This document shows, in pieces, positions 1 through 7,169 of a DNA stretch of 10,922 bases. Origin of the DNA: Desulfurococcaceae archaeon (GTDB lineage Archaea; Thermoproteota; Thermoprotei_A; Sulfolobales; Desulfurococcaceae); the NCBI GenBank assembly GCA_038888155.1, contig JAWAJB010000036.1, forward strand, positions 1 to 10,922, written 5' to 3'. Both the position numbers and the translations under genes were made by a program. Below the pieces are notes generated by a model. That model worked only from the letters and a program-made list of their open reading frames with translations. It made no database searches and was not told the DNA's origin. Each line of letters starts with the position of its first letter. The first letter of the stretch is position 1.

Positions 1-1
1 A

Positions 2-565
2 TCCGAATTTAACGATGAAATAGTTATCGGTGCCATTGCTCGGATCTCACCAGAAAAAGGTCTGCATAGGTTAATAGCAATAATGAAAAAAGTTAAAAAC
101 ACATCACCAGAGATATTAAAGAAAATTCGAGTATTACTAGCTGGAAGAATTGATCATCAGAGATACGCTTTTCAAGTACTAACCAATCTAAGTAAACTAT
201 TAAAAGAGAAATTTTCCTATGTAGGTGAAGTGGCTTCCCCTTATAAGTTCTACAAAATGATTGATGTTCTAGTCGTGCCATCATTAATCGAAACTGGTGC
301 TATAACCGTTTTAGAAGGTATGGCAGCCGGAAAGATCGTCATTGCTAGCGATATATACCCTATAAACCTCTACATAAAACATGGATACAACGGTTTCCTA
401 TTTAAGTCCTCTGAAGATGCAGTTAAAATTCTTCATCAAATCATCTCAATGGGTTCAGAGTTTAAAATTTTCGCTAAAAGAGCTCAAGAGTATGCACGAG
501 AGCATGATTACAAAAATGTGTGTCAAGCGCTTGAAAGAATATACATCAACTCGAGTGGAAGATAG
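2..565 (+). CDS. GT4 (GT-B fold) glycosyltransferase, 5'-partial; starts upstream of the window
   Basis: The frame of ORF 83..565 is open back to base 2 (SEFNDEIVIGAIARISPEKGLHRLIAIMKK), so ATG 83 is internal. GT4 motifs: ARISPEKG, DVLVVPS, EX7E (ETGAITVLE), GMAAGKIVIASD, HGYNGFL. Confidence 0.93.
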   Translation, partial: SEFNDEIVIGAIARISPEKGLHRLIAIMKKVKNTSPEILKKIRVLLAGRIDHQRYAFQVLTNLSKLLKEKFSYVGEVASPYKFYKMIDVLVVPSLIETGAITVLEGMAAGKIVIASDIYPINLYIKHGYNGFLFKSSEDAVKILHQIISMGSEFKIFAKRAQEYAREHDYKNVCQALERIYINSSGR

Positions 566-598
566 CTGAAGACGCTTTACCTGAGCCATCAACTTCAT

Positions 599-1825
599 AT
601 GCGAATAGCTGTGTTTACTCCTTATCTCTATCCATTCCAAATAGATATGCTGGAGACTTTGAGAAGGGTAACTTCAACAAAACTCTTTACTCTTGGAATT
701 TATGGCAACTATCCGTTCGAAGAATTTTTGAAATACACCGTACTTTTTAAGCCTGTTATTAGAGTACTAGGTCAACCAATGTTCTCACCTTTGGATATAC
801 TTAGATTCATTCAGTGGAAGCCTAACGCAGTAATAATTTACGGTGCGGAAAGTATTTCAGGTCTGTGCATCTTCTTTATTTCCAAACTTATAGGTGCTAA
901 GACGCTTGTCATAGTGGAGGAGAATAACATAACTTCGCTTAATAGCATTATCTTGAGCTTTATTCAAAAGATTAAAAGAGCCATAGTCAAGTTTGTCTAT
1001 GAGTTCTCAGATATGGTGATCGCAGAATCCTCGGCATCAAAAAGATACGTCGAGAAGATGCTTCACGTAAGGAGAACTAAACATTTCTACATTTACCCTC
1101 ATGGAGTTAATGTAAGACGTTTTGCTGAGAACAATCACTCTAAAAATGGTATGAAAGCAAAAGAACAGCTATCGAGAAGTCTTGGTTTATCAAAAGACCT
1201 AATCGAAAAACTATGGATTTGCTTTATAGGAGAGTTATCTTACTGTAAGGGCGCTGATGTACTGATCGATTCAATAGAGATCCTTAGAAAGAGAAATGTG
1301 CTACGTAAGTACAACTGCGTATTTTTCTTACCTGGGAAATCTAGGCTCTTATCAGATAGGCATGATCTTAGGCACATATATCTACAGAAGCTGGCTAAAC
1401 TTGTTAAGGAAGGTTACGTCGTCTTGTACCCCCCAATAGCGCATAATAAAGTATCCTTGCTCTATCGCTCAGCTGATATAATAGTTCTCCCATCGAGATC
1501 GCTCAAGTATACGAGTAGTGATAGAAGCCCAAATGTTGCGTTAGAAGCTCTTGCTACCGGTTCGCTCTTGGTAGCCTCTTATGCGGGAGGTATACCAGAT
1601 ATTGTGGGCGATGCCGGCATTCTAGTCAAACCCAACGATCATCAGGCATTAGCTGATAGAATAGAGGACGTAGTGAGAAATTACGAAAAATATCAAAGCT
1701 TGAGGGGAAAAGCACGTACAAGAGCTATCACAAATTTCGATATCAGACTTTACGCCTTTACCTTAATAAAGAGCTTGTGTAAAGCTATAAAAGAGCTCCG
1801 GGAAATGAGCAATATGCGAGCTTGA
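599..1825 (+). CDS. GT4 glycosyltransferase (408 aa)
   Basis: MRIAVFTP N-terminal strand, YPHGVN linker, FIGELSYCKGADVLI, ADIIVLPS, DRSPNVALEALATG, GGIPDIVGDAGILV. Confidence 0.92.
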   Translation: MRIAVFTPYLYPFQIDMLETLRRVTSTKLFTLGIYGNYPFEEFLKYTVLFKPVIRVLGQPMFSPLDILRFIQWKPNAVIIYGAESISGLCIFFISKLIGAKTLVIVEENNITSLNSIILSFIQKIKRAIVKFVYEFSDMVIAESSASKRYVEKMLHVRRTKHFYIYPHGVNVRRFAENNHSKNGMKAKEQLSRSLGLSKDLIEKLWICFIGELSYCKGADVLIDSIEILRKRNVLRKYNCVFFLPGKSRLLSDRHDLRHIYLQKLAKLVKEGYVVLYPPIAHNKVSLLYRSADIIVLPSRSLKYTSSDRSPNVALEALATGSLLVASYAGGIPDIVGDAGILVKPNDHQALADRIEDVVRNYEKYQSLRGKARTRAITNFDIRLYAFTLIKSLCKAIKELREMSNMRA

Positions 1826-2001
1826 AGCTTATTGTTAGGGGATTTAAGACCGTGTATGTCTCCAACAATCCCATTTTACACATTTATAGAGAAGATAGCC
1901 TATCTAGGATTAAAGATAAACGTCTTAAGAAGGAAGTTGAGGGGGAAGCTCGATTGATGAGGTCTTTATACTTGAAGCTACTTTCACAGAATTCTCAATA
2001 A
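1783..2001 (+). pseudogene. Probable C-terminal relic of a GT2 (GT-A) glycosyltransferase; alternatively a 59-aa ORF from TTG 1822
   Basis: Stop-free frame 1783-1998, TAA at 1999-2001: SYKRAPGNEQYASLKLIVRGFKTVYVSNNPILHIYREDSLSRIKDKRLKKEVEGEARLMRSLYLKLLSQNSQ. It fits the GT2 post-catalytic pattern (acidic residue, helix, G-F/Y-K-x-x-Y-x-x, H, S-L-S). Family assignment is by eye only. Confidence 0.55.
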
Positions 2002-2173
2002 AAGTAAGGTTCTTCTGAAACTACAAATATAGATAAAGTATAAGGAAGAGAGTTCAAATGTGTCAGCTATTTGGTTTTTATGACTACGGTTGTATTTGCA
2101 GAGTTACCGTAGAGCTAGCATTAAGGCTTAGGTCTTTAACGTCACTTCAGCATGCCGCAACGTCTTAAGAAGG
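1919..2173 (+). repeat. Perfect 15-bp direct repeat AACGTCTTAAGAAGG at 1919-1933 and 2159-2173
   Basis: Read directly; the copies are 240 bp apart. A third copy matching 14/15 (AAGGTCTTAAGAAGG) lies at 4544-4558. Confidence 0.85.
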
Positions 2174-2236
2174 CATTGAGGTCATTGAGTTAAGTTCAAA
2201 AATACAGCAGGCTTATGGAAGAAATTGCGAAAGTTG
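2052..2236 (+). pseudogene. Decayed copy of the 5' ~200 bp of the GT4 gene at 4424..5527
   Basis: Aligns to ~4433-4633 (MCQLFGFYDYGCICRVTVELALRL vs ICQLFGYYDYGGICRVAVELALRL; both end ttatggaagaaattgcgaaagtt). Hand alignment gives ~21 substitutions in ~176 nt plus 4-, 11- and 1-bp deletions. The frame from ATG 2058 stops at 2166-2168. Confidence 0.95.
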
Positions 2237-2272
2237 CAATTTAAGACTAGGTAGCATGTATAATCTTTTGTT

Positions 2273-4231
2273 ATGAGGCAAATTATTTCAAAAGTAGTTT
2301 TGTTCTTCTCCTTGCCCTTACTATTGATTATGCTTCTTTATAGGGAGCCCATGATGGAAATTTTTGGAGCTGTTGTCTCCTACCTAGTTATCTTTACATT
2401 CGCTCTCCTCTTTCTATGGTCACTAATATACAACGTCATTAAACCCGGTGAGGTTAAACGGATTTTTTGGAGTGATACCATCGTTCCTTCAATTCTTTTG
2501 TTCTATCTTTGTCCTTCTCTGTGTGTTATCTCATTCTTAACATGCATCCTATTGAACGCTCGGTCAATCCTTTTAGTTGTCCTTTGTTTAGGGCTTTTCC
2601 TGTCATCTATTTTGGCGGTACTTCTTAAAGCTGCAAGTAATGCTACATTGTTTAGCATCAATACTCTACTCTTAACACTTATACTATCTACATATTTGTT
2701 CTATCCTCCATCGCTTGGTAACGACACTTGGAGAGATGTTGCTTGGGCTGAAGCTATAGATAAAGATGTTAGTTGGCCTGAAATTAGTCCATATCCTCTT
2801 CCAATAATCCCTGTATTATACTTGATATCCTCTAAAATTATTGGTCTTTCAACTGTGGAAGCGAGTGCTTTAATAGGTCTCATCTACATAGAGTTGGTGG
2901 TTATACTTGTTTATGTTTTGAGCCGCATATTGGCTAGATCTACTACTTCATTATCGCTCATGATTATACTTCTAATAACCTCAAATCCTCTTATCACACT
3001 TTGGAGTGTACATTTTATTCCGCAAGCATACGCCTCAGTTCTTTCCTTATTCATCGTATTGTTTACAGTTAAAGAGATGAGAGGTGGTCGAAGCCCTTTA
3101 GTCTTGACGCTTCTTATAACCCTCTCTTTAGTATTTAGCCATGCAGCTGTCAGCATCTCAACAGCATTTCTGCTCTTATGCGTGTTAAGTGGCGTGAGGT
3201 TCCTTCAAAAGGGGGAGGTTCCCAAGGTACATTGCCAATACGTGAAGTCTACTATTAAGCTTCTATTCATGGTTTTTTCGGCTTACGTCATATTCACTAC
3301 TTTAATTGAGGTTTTAGTTATGGGTGCAAAGAACATCTTAAGCGTTTTTTCGAAGGTTGTTATGGGCGTAGAGCCACAGCGAGTTAGTATCGTAACAGCG
3401 ATGGGAAATCCACTACTTACAGCATTACTTAGTTATGGCTCGTTGGCTGTTTGTGTAGTAGGTGCTTTCTTCGCGTGGCTTGATAATAAACCTTCAGGGA
3501 GCATTAAGGCAACCATCACAGAAGCAGGTTTCTTTTTTGGACTTATCTTATTAACCGTAAGCGTGCTTGGGCTTGTATATAATCCTGAGTTGGTTCTTGA
3601 CAGATACTTAGGATTGCAAGCATTACTCATCTTAACTATATTGTCAGTAAATGGATTTGATACATTATTAAGGAGAAACGGTGCTGGGAGAATCCTTATT
3701 TTAGCTATTGTCATTCTACTGGCAGCCGCAACAGTTTATGGAGGTACTTTCACTCCAGACCAAGACTTCCTCAATAAATCAAATATGTATGCTGTGCATG
3801 CCCCAATAAGTTGGAATGAAAAGACTAGCATAGATTCAATGGTACCATACATTAAAGGTTTAACAGCTTATACTGATTGGAGAGTCCAAACATATGTTAC
3901 TTGGTACAGCATAAAAGATAACCAGGTCTTTGCTATAACACGTTTAGGATCACCATGGAGGGTAATTTTGGATTTTCACGACTTTACGCAACTCACGCTA
4001 ATAAGCCTTGGGACTTACCACCTTCGTTTAACTCTATTAAATGATGGAAGCATCGGATTAACATATACCGGTATAACTGAAAAAGCGAATGGTCTACTCA
4101 TTTACAGACCCTACGCTTTTGAGGGCTTAAATATCCTTTCAGGGAAACTTAACGAACAAATTCTTTATAAGAACGTCTGCATCCACAACAAAATCTATGA
4201 TGGACCAATGGAAGCTTTTATAGTAGGTTAA
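2273..4231 (+). CDS. Polytopic membrane protein (652 aa), possible GT-C-fold glycosyltransferase or glycan polymerase-like protein
   Basis: About 13-14 hydrophobic segments by eye, an acidic loop (YPPSLGNDTWRD...PYPLP), a DRY motif near the last helices and a ~155-aa soluble C-terminal domain ending NKIYDGP. The CDS is secure; function is inferred from topology and context. Confidence 0.7.
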   Translation: MRQIISKVVLFFSLPLLLIMLLYREPMMEIFGAVVSYLVIFTFALLFLWSLIYNVIKPGEVKRIFWSDTIVPSILLFYLCPSLCVISFLTCILLNARSILLVVLCLGLFLSSILAVLLKAASNATLFSINTLLLTLILSTYLFYPPSLGNDTWRDVAWAEAIDKDVSWPEISPYPLPIIPVLYLISSKIIGLSTVEASALIGLIYIELVVILVYVLSRILARSTTSLSLMIILLITSNPLITLWSVHFIPQAYASVLSLFIVLFTVKEMRGGRSPLVLTLLITLSLVFSHAAVSISTAFLLLCVLSGVRFLQKGEVPKVHCQYVKSTIKLLFMVFSAYVIFTTLIEVLVMGAKNILSVFSKVVMGVEPQRVSIVTAMGNPLLTALLSYGSLAVCVVGAFFAWLDNKPSGSIKATITEAGFFFGLILLTVSVLGLVYNPELVLDRYLGLQALLILTILSVNGFDTLLRRNGAGRILILAIVILLAAATVYGGTFTPDQDFLNKSNMYAVHAPISWNEKTSIDSMVPYIKGLTAYTDWRVQTYVTWYSIKDNQVFAITRLGSPWRVILDFHDFTQLTLISLGTYHLRLTLLNDGSIGLTYTGITEKANGLLIYRPYAFEGLNILSGKLNEQILYKNVCIHNKIYDGPMEAFIVG

Positions 4232-4412
4232 AAGAAGACTTTGATATACAAAATAATCAACCTACACGAGATCTCAATCATTCCTACTTAGCCTTTGTAG
4301 AAGCTCGCATGCTTTCGTAAAATTCAAGGTATTAGGAGAGAATGATTATCAGCATATCCGCAGTTATAAGGATTTCTTGGGCAGAAGTCATTTTGTAAAT
4401 AATCTTAGTATA

Positions 4413-4417
4413 GGTGA
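4413..4417 (+). promoter_or_regulatory. Archaeal-type Shine-Dalgarno site GGTGA
   Basis: taGGTGAagcattATG; 6 nt upstream of ATG 4424. Confidence 0.65.
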
Positions 4418-4423
4418 AGCATT

Positions 4424-5527
4424 ATGGGAAGTATTCGGATATGTCAGTTATTTGGTTATTATGACTACGGTGGTATTTGCAGGGTTGCTGTGGAACTAGC
4501 ATTAAGGCTTAGAAGGGTCTTTGACGTTACTTTAGCATGCCGCAAGGTCTTAAGAAGGCCTGAAGAAGGCATTGAGGTCATCGAGTTAGGCTCTAGAAGC
4601 ACGGCAGACTTATGGAAGAAATTGCGAAAGTTAAGAGAACTATTTGACGTAATCCATACACATGACGTGTACTCCCTTCCAGCTTTGGTGAGAGGGCGGC
4701 GTAGGGCGAAGGTGGTTTACACAGATCATGGGCTCGTTCCCATTAAGTATCAGAGCCATATTATGAGGAGTTTTCATGGAGTTATGTTTGCCCACTTATG
4801 TAGACTATTTGCTCGATGGGCAGACGTCTCAGTTGGAATAAGTGATTATATTGTTGCTGAGCTAAAAGAAATTGGTTGCCTAAATGTGTTAAAAGTACCT
4901 AATGGGGTTGATCTTGAGAGGTTTAGACCTATTGAGAGGCTTGAGGACCTTCATAAGCTGAAGATCGGGGATCCAATGTTGCTGAAAGTTGGACTAATAG
5001 AGAAGCATAAAGCTGTGGATTATCACATTGCGGCAATGCCGTTCATTTTAAAGAGATTCCCGCGAGCACGTTTAGTGTTCATTGGCACTGGCAAAGAAAT
5101 TGATCACTATAAAAGATATGTTAAGATGAAGAAGCTCGATCGCTTTGTACATTTCCTTGGTTGGGTTCCTGATAATTTATTACCCCTCTATTATAATGCA
5201 GCGGACGTAATTCTCCAAGTTGATTATTGGCATGGTTTTGGCCTTCCAATTTTAGAGGGAATGGCTTGTGGTAAGCCGGTTATAGCCCGTAACGCTTACG
5301 CCATGAGGGAACATATTCTACGATCAGGAGCTGGCGTTTTGGTTGAGGGGAAGGACCCTCGAGAACTAGTGGTAGCACTAGAACAAATCCTCAGCAACTA
5401 TGAGGATTATTCATTAAAAGCAAGGAAGTATGCTGAGCTTTTTGACTGGGATAAAGTGGTTGCTAAGTACGTGGAAGTTTATGAGAAAACGTTGGGGCAC
5501 TCTTACCAAAATAGAAGGTTTGCTTAG
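4424..5527 (+). CDS. GT4 glycosyltransferase (367 aa)
   Basis: YGGICRV loop, FDVIHTH, VVYTDHG, ISDY, VPNGVDLERFRP, VHFLGWVP, YYNAADV, GFGLPILEGMACGKPVIA. Confidence 0.95.
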   Translation: MGSIRICQLFGYYDYGGICRVAVELALRLRRVFDVTLACRKVLRRPEEGIEVIELGSRSTADLWKKLRKLRELFDVIHTHDVYSLPALVRGRRRAKVVYTDHGLVPIKYQSHIMRSFHGVMFAHLCRLFARWADVSVGISDYIVAELKEIGCLNVLKVPNGVDLERFRPIERLEDLHKLKIGDPMLLKVGLIEKHKAVDYHIAAMPFILKRFPRARLVFIGTGKEIDHYKRYVKMKKLDRFVHFLGWVPDNLLPLYYNAADVILQVDYWHGFGLPILEGMACGKPVIARNAYAMREHILRSGAGVLVEGKDPRELVVALEQILSNYEDYSLKARKYAELFDWDKVVAKYVEVYEKTLGHSYQNRRFA

Positions 5528-5539
5528 GTTGCGAGTATA

Positions 5540-7167
5540 TTGGGAGGGTTAATTAAGAGAAATACTTGTATTAAACTGTTCGCGTATTCCATTTTAATAA
5601 TTTCGCTGTTCCTGGCAGTATTTTCCCCGATGTATTTTCAACTTGTGGGGGGTTACGCCGCTCCTACAGCCACCTATGCATACATGTTAATAAGCAAAAC
5701 TGAGATACCCAATGAGACCGATTACTGGTCTTATGCTTTAATGGCTGAAATAGAGTATCCTGCTCCATCCATATTTCTCAGCATATATTGCGAGATTCTA
5801 GGATTACCATTAAGCCTGAGAATGTTTCAACCAGCAATGAGTTTAGCTTCTTTAGTTTTTCCGTGTTCGCATTGAAGATTATGATGTTGAGAGGAATTAG
5901 GCACGAGCACGCTTTGTTCTTATCTGCTATATATTATCTATTTATCGTTACAGATCAATTAATCGCCCATTATATAGGCAGAGCAACTTTTGGAGTATGT
6001 CTTATAGCGTATTTTCTCTTAGCGCTTCTGGTACATATAGGTTGCTACAAGCGAGAAGGACTTAACTTTATTACTTATAACGATTTTGTTAGGATTTACA
6101 TACTATACAAGCACGTTAGCCATATTCTTGATAAGCATATTTTCATATCCATTAGTAAAGCTAATCAACTCAAACGGACATCACTTTAAGCATTACAAGG
6201 AATTGTACGTACTTTCACTCCTGACAATTGTTCTCATAATTGTACGATCCACCTCTACTCTTACACTTCTAGCAAGTATAAGCTCAGAAAAGTTTTATTA
6301 TATTTGATCGAATATTTAAAGGCTCAGCTTAAGATAGAAAAAGCTTCTGAGGCATATTATCTTTTTGTAGGAGTTGGTGGGGAAATAGATCCTATTATCA
6401 GAGTGACTCAGATATGGTTACGTACTTTCGTAAAGCTGATTGCAGCCACAACATTGCTCATTCTATTTTTAAGAGAAATCATTAAATCATTGCAAAGAAA
6501 AGAGAAAATTGATGCAACTCGCTTGAGTGCATATATTATAATAGCCTTTGTGTGTTCTTTGTCGGAACTCACTCATACATTTATAGCTCCTACATTCTCC
6601 TTAAGATTCTTTACTATGTTCGGGTTACCTGCTTTCATATTACTAACGTATTCTAGAGTTACTTTAAAAACCGCATCTAGCAGTGTTTGGAATAGCGCAC
6701 GCAAAGCTATATTAGCAACAACCTTGGGACTATTACTTATCATAAGTATGACTTCTACGATTATGCTTCAACATGGTGAGGTAGGGCATGCAAAGCTATA
6801 CGGCTATGAAAAAGTTCAAAGTCTAGTTACTTACTTAACAGCCGGAAATCCTTTAAATAGGATTATAATAGCTACTGATGCTTATTATTCTGCGGTTCTA
6901 TACTATTTACTAAGGATCAGTAACAGCAACGTAACAGTGGAGCCTTTAGGTCCCACATCGATAGCTTTGTATTACGCATGCAACAACACCTCGCTATACT
7001 ACGATAACCTAATGTACCAACTCCGTTCTCGACAACTTCTCCTAGTGCACGATGAAACTATTTTTGGTGATCCATGGGGCTACGCTGTGAGAATTTGCAA
7101 GTGCGAGCTTGCGTCTATGTTCGATTTAACGTATTCTAATTCAAAATTCACATTACTAACACGATAG
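5540..7167 (+). pseudogene. Single ~540-aa polytopic membrane protein gene split by three frameshifts (pseudogene or sequencing indels)
   Basis: ORFs 5540..5875, 5788..6189, 6086..6307 and 6304..7167 alternate between two frames and join into one continuous hydrophobic protein. Shifts fall at T5 5856-5860, at ~6035-6060, and at A4/T4 6288-6296. It has an EYPAP loop and a soluble C-terminal domain ending DLTYSNS. Confidence 0.8.
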
Positions 7168-7169
7168 AA

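Noticed and set aside
93-640. Short ORFs 93..284 (-), 381..569 (+) and 455..640 (-)
   Set aside because: Shadow frames of GT4 genes with no recognisable motifs.
1821-1979. 9-bp repeat CTTGAAGCT at 1821 and 1971 (also 10861)
   Set aside because: Short, AT-rich and explained by Leu-Lys-Leu codons.
2240-2245. TTTAAG ~30 nt upstream of ATG 2273 as a TATA box for a leaderless transcript
   Set aside because: The spacing is plausible, but the motif is weak in AT-rich DNA with no clear BRE; TSS data are needed.
2701-3714. Minus-strand ORFs 2701..2883, 2911..3156 and 3433..3714
   Set aside because: Antisense shadows of the 652-aa membrane protein gene.
1814-4310. 10-bp inverted repeat ATGCGAGCTT (1814-1823) / AAGCTCGCAT (4301-4310) flanking the relics and membrane gene
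   Set aside because: It does not extend, has no target-site duplication or transposase, and many 10-bp inverted matches are expected by chance in 11 kb.
4257-4499. Stop-free frame across the intergenic gap (..FLLSLCRSSHAFVKFKVLGENDYQHIRSYKDFLG..), possibly a third gene relic
   Set aside because: No early start codon and only vague resemblance to glycosyltransferase tails; unsupported without a BLASTX hit.
7060-7090. FGDPWGY as a degenerate AglB/STT3 WWDxG motif
   Set aside because: Poor match and too close to the C-terminus; neither membrane protein has WWDxG, so aglB was not called.
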